Origin: an uncultured Acidobacteriota bacterium
GTDB taxonomy: Bacteria; Acidobacteriota; Vicinamibacteria; Vicinamibacterales; UBA8438
Length of the DNA: 64,000 bases
Reading direction: 5' to 3'
NCBI GenBank assembly: GCA_913043225.1
Contig: CAJWLU010000001.1
Coordinates: 376,865 to 440,864 of the forward strand
How positions within the stretch are numbered: the first letter of the stretch is position 1; every line of letters starts with the position of its first letter. The notes under the pieces are model-generated. The model was given only the letters and a program-made list of their open reading frames with translations, was not told the origin of the DNA and ran no database searches. This document shows positions 41,805-59,100 of the stretch, piece after piece. The position numbers and the translations under genes are program-made.

Positions 41805-42059
41805 CTAGACGGTCCGGGCCCGTTCGACGATGCGCGTTACCGCCCACCGCTTCCGGCGGCTGATCGGGCGAGTTTCCACGATCGCTACAACGTCACCGAC
41901 CCTGGCGTCATGCTCGCCGTCGTGGGCCATGAACTTCGTGGTCCGACGCTGAATCTTTCCGTAGAGTGCGTGTCGCACCCGACGCTCCACCGCCACCACG
42001 ACACTCCGGTCCATCTTGTCGCTGACCACTACGCCCTGTACTTCTGCCTTGGTTCCCAT
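41805..42059 (-). CDS. rpsQ: 30S ribosomal protein S17
   Basis: [23 protein letters not shown]. Confidence 0.99.
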   Translation of the reverse strand: MGTKAEVQGVVVSDKMDRSVVVAVERRVRHALYGKIQRRTTKFMAHDGEHDARVGDVVAIVETRPISRRKRWAVTRIVERARTV

Positions 42060-42071
42060 CGGCTCTACTCG

Positions 42072-42311
42072 CTACTCGTCGGACTCTGCCGTCTCGTCGG
42101 CCGGAGCCACGATCCCGGCCCCCAGCTCCAGCTCTCGGAGCAGCGTCTTGACCTTGGCTAGGTCTTTCCGGCTCTCCTTCAGCTTACCGACCACCTCTTC
42201 CTGCCCCATGGCCTTCTGCAACCGAAGCCGGAACAGTGCCTCACCGAGCTCTCGCTCCCGTTGCTCCAAAGCCGATGGCCCGAGATCACGTAGCTCCCCA
42301 ATCTTGGTCAT
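42072..42311 (-). CDS. rpmC: 50S ribosomal protein L29
   Basis: [20 protein letters not shown]; between rplP and rpsQ. Confidence 0.96.
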   Translation of the reverse strand: MTKIGELRDLGPSALEQRERELGEALFRLRLQKAMGQEEVVGKLKESRKDLAKVKTLLRELELGAGIVAPADETAESDE

Positions 42312-42730
42312 CAGACTGCCTCACCAAACCGGGTAGCGAACTTGGTGTGGATCGGCAGCTTGGCCGCTGCAAGCTCCATCGCCCGCTTAGCCACCGACGC
42401 TTCGACCCCTTCCATCTCGAAGAGAATCCGCCCCTGCTTGACCACCGCGACCCACCCTTCTGGTGCGCCCTTCCCCTTGCCCATTCGGGTTTCCTGGGGC
42501 TTCTTGGTGATCGGCTTATCGGGAAACACGCGAATCCAGATCTTGCCGCCACGCTTGATGAACCGGGTCATCGCCACCCGGGCCGCTTCAATCTGGCGGT
42601 CCGTTAGCCAACAGGGCTCCATCGCCCGCAAACCGTAGTCGCCAAACGACACCGTGGACCCACGCCAAGCCGTGCCGGTCATACGGCCGCGGTGCTGCTT
42701 CCGGTGCTTGACTTTCTTCGGCATCAACAT
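42311..42730 (-). CDS. rplP: 50S ribosomal protein L16
   Basis: [24 protein letters not shown]. Confidence 0.99.
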   Translation of the reverse strand: MLMPKKVKHRKQHRGRMTGTAWRGSTVSFGDYGLRAMEPCWLTDRQIEAARVAMTRFIKRGGKIWIRVFPDKPITKKPQETRMGKGKGAPEGWVAVVKQGRILFEMEGVEASVAKRAMELAAAKLPIHTKFATRFGEAV

Positions 42731-42778
42731 GACGCCAGTCTCCTATCTCTATCTCTCGACTACGCTCGAGCGAGTGTC

Positions 42779-43459
42779 CTAGGCTCTCGCGCCCCGACGC
42801 TGCACCCGATACTCCTCGTCCCGAGCCAGACGGGGCTCGTGTCGATCACCCTTGTAGAGCCACACTTTGACTCCGATCTGCCCGTAGGTGGTGTTGGCCT
42901 CTGCAAACCCGTAGTCGATATCCGCCCTCAGCGTCTGCAGCGGCAGCTGACCGTGCAGATACCACTCGTTGCGCGCGATCTCCGCTCCGTTGAGACGACC
43001 ACCGACCCGGATTTTGATGCCGCGTGCGCCGAATCGCAGCGCCGACTCCACCGCCTTACGCATAGCCCGCCGGAACGCCACCCGCTTCTCGAGTTGCAAC
43101 GCCACCGACTCGCCGATCAGCTGCGCGTCCAGTTCGGGCTTCTGAATCTCCTGAATATTGATGAAGACTTCGCGTTTGGTCCTCTTATGGATCTCGGTCT
43201 TCAGCTTGTCGACCTCGGTGCCCTTACGTCCGATGATGATGCCGGGCCGGGAGGTGCAAATGTCAATCTTCAGTTTGTTGGCGGCCCGCTCGATCTCGAT
43301 CTTCGATACGCCGGCATGCGAGAACCGCTTCTTCAGGTCCGACCTGAGAGAAAGATCCTCGTGCAGGAGCTTCGCGTAGTCACGATCGGCATACCACCGC
43401 GACCGCCAAGTCTTGTTGAAACCGAGCCTAAACCCGTACGGGTGAACCTTCTGCCCCAT
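42779..43459 (-). CDS. rpsC: 30S ribosomal protein S3
   Basis: [34 protein letters not shown]. Confidence 0.99.
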   Translation of the reverse strand: MGQKVHPYGFRLGFNKTWRSRWYADRDYAKLLHEDLSLRSDLKKRFSHAGVSKIEIERAANKLKIDICTSRPGIIIGRKGTEVDKLKTEIHKRTKREVFINIQEIQKPELDAQLIGESVALQLEKRVAFRRAMRKAVESALRFGARGIKIRVGGRLNGAEIARNEWYLHGQLPLQTLRADIDYGFAEANTTYGQIGVKVWLYKGDRHEPRLARDEEYRVQRRGARA

Positions 43460-43497
43460 CTCGAATCCTCGCGTCCCCTAGGGGACGCCCAACACCG

Positions 43498-44109
43498 CTA
43501 CTCGTCCTTTGCCCTGCCCTCGTCCGCACCGGCCTGCTCAGCGATGTCGGCGGAGGCCTCTTCGGCCTCAGCTGACTCGTCGGCAGCCGCCGCGTCCCCG
43601 GTCACGATCTCGTCATCGGCCGCCTGCTTGGCGGCTTTCTTCTTGATGTCTTTGGCCCTGCCGCGCTTAGCTGACGCCTGCTTCTTCGACTTCTCATCGA
43701 CTATCGCGTCCGCCACCGGCTGCGCCTCGGGTTCAACGGTGGTCACGGTGACGGCCGACGTCACACCGAGACGCTCCGCGACATGTACCGTGAGATGCGC
43801 CGTCCGCTTGATGATCCGGAACGCCCGCCCCATCGGCGCCGGCCGGATCCGCTTCTGCGAGGGCCCCTGATCCGCGTAGCACTTCGAGACGTACATCTGG
43901 TCGGCGTCGCCGCTGGCCCCGTCCTTCTGCTGGGCATTGGCCACGGCCGACCGCAACACCTTCTCGATGTCGCGGGCGATCCGCTTTCTGGCAAACCGCA
44001 GGGTAGACAGCGCCTGATCCACATTCTGACCACGAATCAGATCCATGACCAACTTAGCCTTCTGCGCCGACGTCCGGACATATCGGGCCGTAGCCCGCCC
44101 TTCGATCAT
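43498..44109 (-). CDS. rplV: 50S ribosomal protein L22 with long C-terminal extension
   Basis: SAQKAKLVMDLIRG, SAVANA, RPAPMGRA..KRTAH. Confidence 0.98.
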   Translation of the reverse strand: MIEGRATARYVRTSAQKAKLVMDLIRGQNVDQALSTLRFARKRIARDIEKVLRSAVANAQQKDGASGDADQMYVSKCYADQGPSQKRIRPAPMGRAFRIIKRTAHLTVHVAERLGVTSAVTVTTVEPEAQPVADAIVDEKSKKQASAKRGRAKDIKKKAAKQAADDEIVTGDAAAADESAEAEEASADIAEQAGADEGRAKDE

Positions 44110-44115
44110 CGCTTC

Positions 44116-44400
44116 CTACCTCGTGCCGGCCGTTTTGTCCCGCCTACCGGTGTGGCCACGGAACAGACGGGTGGGCGAGAACTCGCCGAGCTTGTGCCCC
44201 ACCATGTTCTCAGTGAGATAAACCGGCACAAACTTCTTGCCGTTGTGCACCGCGATGGTGTGACCAACCATCTCCGGTACCACCGTGGACCGACGGGACC
44301 AGGTCTTGATCACCTTCCGATCTCCGGCCCGATTCATGACCTCGACCTTCTCCAGCAACGGCAGGTCGACGAACGGCCCTTTCTTTAACGATCGACTCAT
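44116..44400 (-). CDS. rpsS: 30S ribosomal protein S19
   Basis: [23 protein letters not shown]. Confidence 0.99.
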   Translation of the reverse strand: MSRSLKKGPFVDLPLLEKVEVMNRAGDRKVIKTWSRRSTVVPEMVGHTIAVHNGKKFVPVYLTENMVGHKLGEFSPTRLFRGHTGRRDKTAGTR

Positions 44401-44410
44401 CGGCCCCTCA

Positions 44411-45241
44411 CTACTTCCGGCGCTTGCGACGCTGCTGAATGAACTTGTCTGACGGCTTCTTGCGTCGCGTCTTGTAGCCCTTAGTCGGCACGCCCCAGGG
44501 CGTCACCGGGTGCCGCCCACCGGCCGAGCTCCCCTCGCCACCGCCTAGCGGATGGTCGACTGGGTTCATCGCCACACCGCGGACGTTTGGACGCCTCCCT
44601 AGCCAGCGCTTGCGACCGGCCTTACCGAGCGTCACGTTCTCGTGATCCACGTTCCCGACCTGTCCAACCGTGGCCACGCACTCCTTGAGAATCCGCCGCA
44701 CCTCGCCCGAAGGCAACCGCAGTGACGCGTACTTGCCTTCTTTGGCGATGAGCTGAACCGAAGATCCGGCGCCGCGCGCGATCTGACCGCCCTTGCCCGG
44801 CTTGAGCTCCACGTTGTGGAGTTGGGTGCCTAGCGGGATGTTCTTCAGGGGCAACGCATTCCCTGGCAGGATGTCGACCTTGTCGCCCGCCACGATCGTA
44901 TCGCCCACCTTCACGCCAAGTGGCTGCAAAATGTAACGCTTGTCACCGTCGACATAGCTGACGAGCGCGATCCGGGCTGATCGATTCGGATCGTACTCGA
45001 CCGTCGCCACCTTGCCGGGCACGTCCTTCTTGTCCCGCTTAAAGTCGATCACCCGGTAGGTGCGCTTGTGACCGCCCCCGCGCTGCCAGATCGTGACCCG
45101 GCCACGATTGTTCCGGCCTCCGGACTTGGACAGTGGCTCGGTCAACGGCTTGTACGGAGTGGTCTCCGTGATCTCGTCGAACGTCTGCACGGTCTGAAAT
45201 CGCCGGCCCGCCGATGTCGGTTTGTATTTACGAATGGCCAT
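44411..45241 (-). CDS. rplB: 50S ribosomal protein L2
   Basis: [24 protein letters not shown]. Confidence 0.99.
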   Translation of the reverse strand: MAIRKYKPTSAGRRFQTVQTFDEITETTPYKPLTEPLSKSGGRNNRGRVTIWQRGGGHKRTYRVIDFKRDKKDVPGKVATVEYDPNRSARIALVSYVDGDKRYILQPLGVKVGDTIVAGDKVDILPGNALPLKNIPLGTQLHNVELKPGKGGQIARGAGSSVQLIAKEGKYASLRLPSGEVRRILKECVATVGQVGNVDHENVTLGKAGRKRWLGRRPNVRGVAMNPVDHPLGGGEGSSAGGRHPVTPWGVPTKGYKTRRKKPSDKFIQQRRKRRK

Positions 45242-45296
45242 GGTGTCCGTCTTCTGTCTGCCGAACTATCGTCTGACTTCTGACCGCGTATCCAAG

Positions 45297-45587
45297 CTAG
45301 GAGCCCTCAAGGAACTCCGGCACATTCTCGCCATCGCGGAGCCGCACATACGCCTTCTTCCAGTCAGGACGCTGGCCAAAGTAGCGTCCCTGGCGCTTGA
45401 CCTTACCGTGGTTGATCGCCGTGCGGACGCTTGCCACCTTCGCTCCCAGCAGACTTTCGATCGCCTGCTTGATCTCGACCTTGGTCGCCTTCAGCGCCAC
45501 CTCAAACACAATCGTCTGACCGTCCTCCCGCTGAAGCGTCGTCTTCTCGGTGACGAGCGGGCGACGGATCACTTCAGTTTCTTTCAT
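45297..45587 (-). CDS. rplW: 50S ribosomal protein L23
   Basis: PLVTEK, ATKVEIKQAIE, WKKAYV. Confidence 0.99.
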   Translation of the reverse strand: MKETEVIRRPLVTEKTTLQREDGQTIVFEVALKATKVEIKQAIESLLGAKVASVRTAINHGKVKRQGRYFGQRPDWKKAYVRLRDGENVPEFLEGS

Positions 45588-46207
45588 GATCCCAGCACCT
45601 GTTCAAGTCTCTCAACCGCGGCTCGGGTCATGATCACTCTCTCGGCGTCGACAACGTCCCTCGCACCCAGTTGCCGAGTCGACGTCATTTGCACGCCCGC
45701 GAGATTCCTGACCGCCAAAGACAGATTCGCGTCTGGGCTGACGTCCACCAGCACCGCCTTGCCGGTCACATCCAGGCGATCCAGCAGATCCACCGCCTGA
45801 CGGGTCTTGGGCTCCTCGGCCGCGAGCTCGTCGACGATCAGCACGGCCCCGTCCTGGAACCGCTGCGACAACGCTGCCCGCAACGCGCCCCGCACCACCT
45901 TCTTAGGTAGGCTGTAGGCGTAACTCCGCGGCTGTGGCCCGAATACCGTGCCCCCGGCCCGCCAGAGCGGGTTTCGTGCCTCACCCACCCTGGCTCGGCC
46001 TGTGCCCTTCTGCCGCCACGGCTTCTTGCCGCTGCCGCTGACCAGCCCGCGGGTCTTGGTGGCATGGGTCCCGCGCCGCTCACACGCGCGTTGATGGGTC
46101 ACCGCCTCCCAAATGACGTCGCTGTTCACTCGTCCCCCGAACACCGCGTCACTGACTTCGAGTGAGCCGATCTTTTCGTTCTGCGAATCGACGACATCCA
46201 CAGTCAT
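45584..46207 (-). CDS. rplD: 50S ribosomal protein L4
   Basis: [22 protein letters not shown]. Confidence 0.99.
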   Translation of the reverse strand: MTVDVVDSQNEKIGSLEVSDAVFGGRVNSDVIWEAVTHQRACERRGTHATKTRGLVSGSGKKPWRQKGTGRARVGEARNPLWRAGGTVFGPQPRSYAYSLPKKVVRGALRAALSQRFQDGAVLIVDELAAEEPKTRQAVDLLDRLDVTGKAVLVDVSPDANLSLAVRNLAGVQMTSTRQLGARDVVDAERVIMTRAAVERLEQVLGS

Positions 46208-46232
46208 GGTCGTAGTCCGTCCGTCGGTCCCG

Positions 46233-46889
46233 CTACTTGTCCTCGCTCGGCGCAGCCTTTCCGGCCACCGCCTTGCGAACCATCACCAACCCCCCGGGAG
46301 CCCCAGGCACAGCGCCCTTGACGACAAGCACATGCTGCTCGGCATCGACCCGCATTACGCGCAGGTTCTGCACTGTGACCCGGTCACCGCCCATACGCCC
46401 CGGTCCCTTCATCCCCTTGATGACGCGCGAGGGCCAAGACGACTGACCGATGGACCCCGGCGCACGATGGAACATCGACCCGTGAGTGGCTCGGCCACCA
46501 CTGAAGCCGTGGCGCTTCATCACACCCTGGAAGCCCTTGCCGCGACTCAGTCCGATGACATCCACCTGCTCGCCATCGGTGAACAGCGATGCCACCACCT
46601 GATCACCCTCGACTGGCGCGTCTCCACCTTCGGCCAGCGGCACCTCTCGACGCACCCGGGTCGGCGGCACACTGGCCTTCTTGTAGTGGCCCGCAGTCGG
46701 CTTGTTCGCCCGCGCCGGCCGGTCTTCGACCAGTCCGAGCTGCACCGCGTCATACCCGTCACGCTCGACGGTCTTGCGCTGCACCACGACGCAGGGCCCG
46801 GCCTTGATCACGGTCGCTGGGGTCACCGCGCCGTCTTCACTAAACAGCTGGGTCATCCCGATCTTGCGTCCGAGGATTCCGGTGACCAT
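46233..46889 (-). CDS. rplC: 50S ribosomal protein L3
   Basis: [27 protein letters not shown]. Confidence 0.99.
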   Translation of the reverse strand: MVTGILGRKIGMTQLFSEDGAVTPATVIKAGPCVVVQRKTVERDGYDAVQLGLVEDRPARANKPTAGHYKKASVPPTRVRREVPLAEGGDAPVEGDQVVASLFTDGEQVDVIGLSRGKGFQGVMKRHGFSGGRATHGSMFHRAPGSIGQSSWPSRVIKGMKGPGRMGGDRVTVQNLRVMRVDAEQHVLVVKGAVPGAPGGLVMVRKAVAGKAAPSEDK

Positions 46890-46891
46890 GG

Positions 46892-47218
46892 CTACTTGTT
46901 GTCCTTCCCGAAGGCCTTGATCTCCACGTCGACACCCGCCGGCAAGTCCAGCTTCATCAACGCATCGACCGTCTGCGGGGTCGGTTCGAAGATGTCGATC
47001 AGTCGCTTGTGGGTGCGGATCTCAAACTGCTCACGTGACTTCTTGTCGACGTGAGGCGAGCGCAGCACCGTCCACTTATTGAGATCGGTCGGCAACGGGA
47101 TCGGACCGGCTAGACGGGCGCCAGTACGCCGAGCCGTGTCGACGATCTCCGATGTCGACTGATCGAGCACGCGGTGGTCGTAGGCCTTCAGCCGTATCCG
47201 GATCTTGTCGCTGAACAT
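46892..47218 (-). CDS. rpsJ: 30S ribosomal protein S10
   Basis: [31 protein letters not shown]. Confidence 0.99.
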   Translation of the reverse strand: MFSDKIRIRLKAYDHRVLDQSTSEIVDTARRTGARLAGPIPLPTDLNKWTVLRSPHVDKKSREQFEIRTHKRLIDIFEPTPQTVDALMKLDLPAGVDVEIKAFGKDNK

Positions 47219-47270
47219 ATTTCCCTCGGGAACGCGCCCCAAACGCCCGCCGGCAATGCCGGCCGATTGA

Positions 47271-48458
<1,188 letters not shown>

Positions 48459-48468
48459 GTGTCCGCCT

Positions 48469-50580
48469 CTACCTTCCCTGGATGCGGGCCACGATCTCGT
48501 CGCTGACCGTCTGTGGCACCTGCTCGTATCGGTCGAAGTGCATCGTGTAGGTGGCGCGCCCCTGGGTACGCGACCGCAACTCCGTCGCGTAACCAAACAT
48601 CTCGGCCAACGGTACCCTGGCGTTCACGATCTGGGTACCGCCATGGGCTTCCATTGACTTCACCTTGCCCCGTCGACCGTTCAGGTCCGCAATGACGTCG
48701 CCCATATGCACCTCGGGCACCACTACTTCGACCTTCATGATCGGTTCGAGCAAGACCGGTCCGGATTGACGCGCCGCTTCGCGAAACGCCATCGACCCGG
48801 CAACCTTGAACGCTATCTCCGAGGAATCGACGTCGTGGGAAGATCCGTCGTAGAGCGTGACCGTCACGTCTTCGATCGGGTACCCGGCCAGAACCCCGGT
48901 CGTGATCGCCTCACGAACCCCCTCCTCTACCGGCGCGATGAACTCGCGGGGCACCGCGCCGCCGAAGATCTCGTTGTTGAACACGAAGCCATCGCCCGGC
49001 TCGCCAGGCGCGACCCTGAGCTTCACGTGCCCGTACTGACCGCGTCCACCCGTCTGCTTGACATACCGGCCCTCGGCATCGGCCGGCTTGGTCAGCGTCT
49101 CGCGGTAGGCTACTTGTGGCCGACCGACACTGGCCGCCACGTCGAACTCCCGCCGCAGGCGATCGACGATGATCTCGAGGTGGAGTTCGCCCATCCCTGA
49201 GATGACGACCTGCCCCGTCTCCTCGTCGGTCCGCACCTGGAACGTGGGGTCCTCACTCGTGAGCTTCGCCAATCCCTGACTCAACTTCTCCTGGTCGGCC
49301 TTGGTCTTGGGTTCGATCGCCAGGGAGATTACAGGATTCGGAAACTCCATCGCCTCAAGGACAATCTGATGCTGTGGATCACAGATAGTGTCGCCCGTGG
49401 CCACACTCTTGAGCCCGACCGCAGCGGCGATGTCGCCGGCAAACACCTGCTTGATGTCCTCGCGCTTGTTGGCGTGCATCTTGAGCAGACGCCCAATCCG
49501 CTCCTTACGACGCAGGCGCGGATTGTAGATGGTCGCGCCGGAGGACATCACTCCGGAGTACACCCGGATGAACGCGAGCTGACCGACGTAGGGGTCGGTC
49601 ATGATCTTGAACGCAAGCGCTGAGAATGGCGTGTCGTCCTCGGCCGGCCGCTCGATCGACGGCTCGGCATCGGCCGGCGCGTCCGGATCCACCCCAAAGA
49701 CGGGGGGAATGTCTGTCGGCGACGGCAGATAGTCGACCACCGCGTCGATCAGCGGCTGCACCCCTTTGTTCTTGAACGCGCTACCGCAGAGAATCGGGAC
49801 AAACGGCGCATCCTCGGTCCGCGCCGACTCGATGGTGCGACGACGTAGCACCGCGACGATCTCGTCTTCGTCGATCGGCTCGCCGCGCAGATACTGCCCG
49901 AGCAGCTGGTCATCGGCCTCGCAGACCTTCTCGATCAGCACCTCCCGCGCCGCGTCGGCCTCGTCCTGGAGTTCCTCGGGAATCTCTTCGACGATGGATT
50001 CGGCACCCAGCGTCTCATCCTGGTAGCGTACCGCCTTCATGCGCACGAGGTCGATGACTCCAGCGAAGGCATCCTCAGCGCCGAGCGGCAACTGCACCGC
50101 GACCGGATTAGCCTGAAGTTTCTCGCGAATCTGGGACATCGTCCGGTCGAAGTTCGCCCCCACCCGGTCCATCTTGTTAACGAAGCAGATCCGAGGCACC
50201 TGATACTTGTCGGCCTGGCGCCACACCGTCTCGGACTGCGGCTCCACGCCGGCCACGGCGTCAAAGACCGCGACGGCGCCATCGAGCACACGGAGCGAGC
50301 GCTCCACTTCGGCCGTGAAGTCCACGTGGCCGGGCGTATCGATGATGTTGATGCGGTGCTCACGCCAGTCGCAGGTGGTAGCGGCCGACGTGATAGTGAT
50401 GCCCCGTTCCTGCTCCTGGGCCATCCAGTCCATCACCGCCGTCCCGTCGTGCACCTCACCGATCTTGTAGGTGATGCCTGTGTAGAACAGCACCCGTTCG
50501 GTGGTGGTCGTCTTGCCCGCGTCGATGTGGGCCATGATGCCGATATTGCGCGTCCGCTCGAGCGGCACTTCTCTCGACAT
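48469..50580 (-). CDS. fusA: elongation factor G
   Basis: [34 protein letters not shown]. Confidence 0.99.
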   Translation of the reverse strand: MSREVPLERTRNIGIMAHIDAGKTTTTERVLFYTGITYKIGEVHDGTAVMDWMAQEQERGITITSAATTCDWREHRINIIDTPGHVDFTAEVERSLRVLDGAVAVFDAVAGVEPQSETVWRQADKYQVPRICFVNKMDRVGANFDRTMSQIREKLQANPVAVQLPLGAEDAFAGVIDLVRMKAVRYQDETLGAESIVEEIPEELQDEADAAREVLIEKVCEADDQLLGQYLRGEPIDEDEIVAVLRRRTIESARTEDAPFVPILCGSAFKNKGVQPLIDAVVDYLPSPTDIPPVFGVDPDAPADAEPSIERPAEDDTPFSALAFKIMTDPYVGQLAFIRVYSGVMSSGATIYNPRLRRKERIGRLLKMHANKREDIKQVFAGDIAAAVGLKSVATGDTICDPQHQIVLEAMEFPNPVISLAIEPKTKADQEKLSQGLAKLTSEDPTFQVRTDEETGQVVISGMGELHLEIIVDRLRREFDVAASVGRPQVAYRETLTKPADAEGRYVKQTGGRGQYGHVKLRVAPGEPGDGFVFNNEIFGGAVPREFIAPVEEGVREAITTGVLAGYPIEDVTVTLYDGSSHDVDSSEIAFKVAGSMAFREAARQSGPVLLEPIMKVEVVVPEVHMGDVIADLNGRRGKVKSMEAHGGTQIVNARVPLAEMFGYATELRSRTQGRATYTMHFDRYEQVPQTVSDEIVARIQGR

Positions 50581-50671
50581 CACCCGTTCCGTACGTAACT
50601 GCTTGGCCTTAACGACACTGGCCTTCTCGACCGAAGGCGCGATCTGGAGCTCTGCTGTTGCCACTTCCTTC

Positions 50672-51145
50672 TTACCAGCGATAGTGCGCGAACGCTTTAT
50701 TCGCCTCAGCCATTCGATGGGTGTCTTCCCGCTTCTTCACCGACCCGCCCCGCAAATTCGAGGCATCGATGAACTCGTTGGCCAGCTTCTCTCTCATCGT
50801 CTTGCCATCGCTGCGCGCCCGGGCGTGGCTTGACAGCCAGCGGATGCTGAGAGACAGTCGGCGGTTCTGGTTTACCTCGATTGGCACCTGGTAATTCGAC
50901 CCACCGACGCGACGGGATTTCACCTCGAGGCTCGGCTTGACGTTGTCGAGCGCCTTTTTGAACACCTTAAGCGGGTCGTCACCGGTCCGGTCCCGGATGA
51001 TGTCCAGACTTCCGTAGAGGAGACCTTCGGCAGTGCTCCGCTTCCCACTCTTCATCACGCACCGGACGAACTTTGTAACCAGGGTGCTGTTGTAGATCGG
51101 GTCCGGCGGCACTTCGCGCTTTGGTACTTCGCGTCTGCGTGGCAT
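50672..51145 (-). CDS. rpsG: 30S ribosomal protein S7
   Basis: [30 protein letters not shown]. Confidence 0.99.
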   Translation of the reverse strand: MPRRREVPKREVPPDPIYNSTLVTKFVRCVMKSGKRSTAEGLLYGSLDIIRDRTGDDPLKVFKKALDNVKPSLEVKSRRVGGSNYQVPIEVNQNRRLSLSIRWLSSHARARSDGKTMREKLANEFIDASNLRGGSVKKREDTHRMAEANKAFAHYRW

Positions 51146-51161
51146 ATCGTGCTCCTCTGAC

Positions 51162-51536
51162 CTATGCCTTCGGGCGCTTGGCGCCGTATTTCGATCGACT
51201 CTGCTTACGGCCCTGCACCCCGGTGGTATCGAGCGTGCCTCGAACCACGTGGTAGCGCACGCCGGGCAGGTCCTTGACCCGACCACCCCGGATGAGCACA
51301 AGCGAGTGCTCCTGGAGGTTGTGCCCTTCGCCCGGAATGTAAGCGGTAGCCTCGATCTGATTGGTCAGCCGGACCCGAGCGACCTTTCGGAGGGCCGAGT
51401 TCGGCTTCTTCGGCGTCTGCGTGAACACTCGGACACACACGCCCCGCCGCTGCGGGCACTGCTGCAGAGCGGGACTTTTAGTCTTCGTCTCCTCGCGATA
51501 GCGACCCTTGCGAACGAGCTGACTGATCGTCGGCAC
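51162..51536 (-). CDS. rpsL: 30S ribosomal protein S12
   Basis: GTG start, [29 protein letters not shown]. Confidence 0.99.
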   Translation of the reverse strand: MPTISQLVRKGRYREETKTKSPALQQCPQRRGVCVRVFTQTPKKPNSALRKVARVRLTNQIEATAYIPGEGHNLQEHSLVLIRGGRVKDLPGVRYHVVRGTLDTTGVQGRKQSRSKYGAKRPKA

Positions 51537-51863
51537 GAGCACTCCCTGCGTCGATGACGCCACAACGCCCTGACCGACTGGTCGGACGCCTGCTGAAGCT
51601 GCCCCAGGCCTAGAAGCCAACGGCTTGGCGCCTGAGGCGGATTGACCCTATTAAAGTGTGCGCGCCGTGAAGGGGGACGTCACCGGAGACACCGGGACAT
51701 CGCGCCCAAGTTGGAAAGAAGCAAGTTGCGCATCCTCGTGACCTCGTCACGGCACCGACAACGGTGCCGGGCCAACCGCTCAGTTGGCGCGACGTGGGTC
51801 ACCCGGCCTCTTTCGGGCGGATCGGAGCTAGATAGGGTGTCCTAACTCCGACAAAACCTTCCG

Positions 51864-51893
51864 ACATTACCACGATCAAGAACGTCTAGGCAA
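51864..51893 (-). promoter_or_regulatory. sigma70-type promoter of the str operon
   Basis: Minus strand TTGCCT-18nt-TAATGT with extended -10 TGn. Confidence 0.55.
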
Positions 51894-51939
51894 TAACCTA
51901 AGCGTCCTGACCCCAACGTCGGCGGGAAGCGTTCGGCTC

Positions 51940-56136
<4,197 letters not shown>

Positions 56137-56160
56137 GAGTTATGTACCTTCCGCCTTACA

Positions 56161-59100
56161 CTACGCCTTGTCCAACGCCGGCGCCGCCTCGGCTTCGCCC
56201 TCGGCGTCCTCTTCCCCTTCGGGCAGAACAGCCGCCAGCTGGCGCGTCTTAAGCAGCTCGACATCCAGACACAGTGCCTGGAGCTCGCGAATCAGCACGT
56301 TGAAAGACTCGGGCAACCCCGGAGTGAAGGATGCGTCTCCCTTCACGATGGCCTCGTAAATCTTGGCCCTTCCGGTGACGTCGTCGGACTTCGCGGTCAA
56401 CAGCTCCTGGAGAATGTGCGCGGCACCGTACGCCTCGAGCGCCCACACCTCCATCTCACCGAAACGCTGGCCGCCGAACTGCGCCTTGCCTCCCAGCGGC
56501 TGCTGGGTAATCAAGGAGTACGGGCCAATAGATCGCGCGTGGATCTTGTCGTCGACCAGATGCGACAACTTGAGCATGTAGATGTAGCCCACCGTCACGT
56601 CCTGCTCGAACTCCTCGCCGGTCATTCCGTCGACCAACCGGCTCTTCCCTCCGGAAGGCAACCCAGCTTTCTCAAGCCAGCCTTTGATTTCCTCCTCGGT
56701 TGCGCCGTCGAACACCGGGGTGGCGAAGTGCATCCCCAGCGCGTGCGCGGCCCACCCGAGGTGGGTCTCGAGAATCTGGCCGACGTTCATCCGAGATGGT
56801 ACGCCGAGCGGATTCAGCACGATCTCCACCGGCGTCCCGTCCGGCAGATGAGGCATGTCCTCCTCGGGCAGCACCCGGGCAATAACCCCCTTGTTGCCGT
56901 GCCGACCGGCCATCTTGTCACCCACCGATAGCTTGCGCTTCATGGCGACGTAGACCTTGACGAGCTTGATCACACCAGGCGGCAGCTCGTCTCCGCGCCG
57001 AATCTTCTCTTTCTTCTCCTCGAACATCTGGCGGATCACCTCCACCTGACGTTCGGTCCGTTCTTCGAGGTGTCGAAGTTCCTGTTCGAGCTCTCGACTC
57101 CGGCCCGAGATGCGGATGCGCATGATCGCCGAGTACGGCAGCTCACGCAGTAGCTCGGCGGAGAGGGCGGTGCCCTTGGTGGCAAGTTTCTCGCGACCGT
57201 CGTCGTCGAACAGGTCGGCGCCAAGCGCCTGCCCGTCCAACTTGACCGACACCCGCTTCTTGACCTCTTCATGGAGGATGCGAATCTCGTCTTCGAGATT
57301 CTTTTCCATCATGTCGAGCTCTTCGGCTTCGATCGCCTTCGCGCGGTCGTCTTTCTCGATCCCCTTACGTGAGAAGATCTTGACCCCAACGATGATGCCG
57401 TCGATCCCCGGCGGACAGAGCAACGACGCGTCGCGCACATCGCCCGCCTTCTCGCCGAAGATGGCCCTTAGCAGTTTCTCTTCCGGCGTAAGCTGGGTCT
57501 CTCCCTTAGGCGTGACCTTCCCGACCAGAATGTCTCCAGGCTTGACGTAGGCGCCTATCCGGATAATGCCGCTGTCATCCAGGTCTTTCAGGAAACCTTC
57601 GGACACGTTCGGGATGTCACGCGTGATTTCCTCGGGACCGAGCTTGGTGTCACGCGACTCGGTCTCGAACTCCTCGATATGGATGGAGGTGTAGTAATCC
57701 TCCTTGACCATCCGCTCAGACACCAAAATGGCGTCTTCGAAGTTGTAGCCCCGCCAGGGCATGAAGGCCACCAAGACGTTCCGGCCCAGCGCGAGCTCGC
57801 CCAGTTCGGTGCACGGACCATCGGCCAGCACCTGTCCCTTGGCCACCCGGTCACCCACTCGGACGATCGGCTTCTGATTGATGCAGGTGTTCTGGTTCGA
57901 CCGCCGGAATTTGGTCATGCTGTAGATGTCCGCGCCCATCTCACGCGACATCTCGCCGGACTCGCCTTCCACCCGCACGACCACACGCTGCGAGTCGACG
58001 TAGTCGACCGTCCCAGTCCGTCGGGCCGAGACCACAGCGCCGGAGTCGCGGGCCGTGATGTGCTCCATGCCGGTGCCGACAAACGGTGACCGCGCCTGCA
58101 ACAGAGGCACAGCTTGCCGCTGCATGTTCGAACCCATCAGCGCCCGGTTGGCGTCGTCGTGCTCCAGGAACGGAATCAGCGATGCTGCCACCGACACCAA
58201 CTGCTTCGGGGAGACATCGATGAACTCGACCCGGTCCCGAGGAGCGAGAATGAAGTCGCCTGCCTGACGCGCATTGACCCGGGGATCGATGAGGTTGCCC
58301 TTATCGTCGAGACGAGCGTTCGCCTGGGCGATGATGTACTGGTCCTCTTCCCACGCCGACAGGTAGAACGAGTAGGGCTCGAACTCGGCACCCTTCCTCT
58401 TCTTCGATTTCGCGGCCGCGCTCGCCTTCTCGACCTCGTTAATCTCGACGATGTCGCCCACCTGATACTTGGTGCCACCCGCATTGGTGATCTGCACGTA
58501 GTCGGTCGCGCGATCCTCTCTAATCCGACGATACGGCGACTCGATGAACCCGAACTCGTTGATCCGGGCGTAGCACGACAGCGAGGAGATCAGCCCGATG
58601 TTAGGTCCTTCCGGCGTCTCAATCGGACAGATGCGGCCGTAGTGGGTCGGGTGCACGTCCCGCACCTCGAACCCAGCCCGCTCACGCGACAACCCACCTG
58701 GCCCGAGCGCGGAAAGACGACGCTTATGGGTGATCTCAGACAGCGGGTTGGTCTGGTCCATGAACTGGGACAGCTGGGACGACCCGAAGAACTCCCTGAT
58801 CGCCGCCATGACCGGCTTGGCGTTTATCAGGTCGTGCGGCATAGCCGTCGCCATCTCCTGGTAGACGGACATCTTCTCCTTGATGGCCCGCTCCATCCGA
58901 ACCAGACCAATCCGGAACTGGTTCTCGAGCAGCTCGCCCACCGAGCGCACCCGACGATTGCCGAGATGGTCGATATCGTCAGCATTAGTGGGCGTGCGGC
59001 GGAGCGCCAGGAGGTACTTGATGACCGCGTAGAAGTCCGGCGGGTGCAGGACCTTCTCGTCTAGCGGCGTATCGAGACTAAGTTTGGTGTTCAGCTTCAG

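Noticed and set aside
58690..58800. Rifampicin-resistance changes in rpoB (and streptomycin changes in rpsL)
   Set aside because: Cluster [26 protein letters not shown] and S12 PKKPNS/RVKDLP match the usual sensitive sequences.
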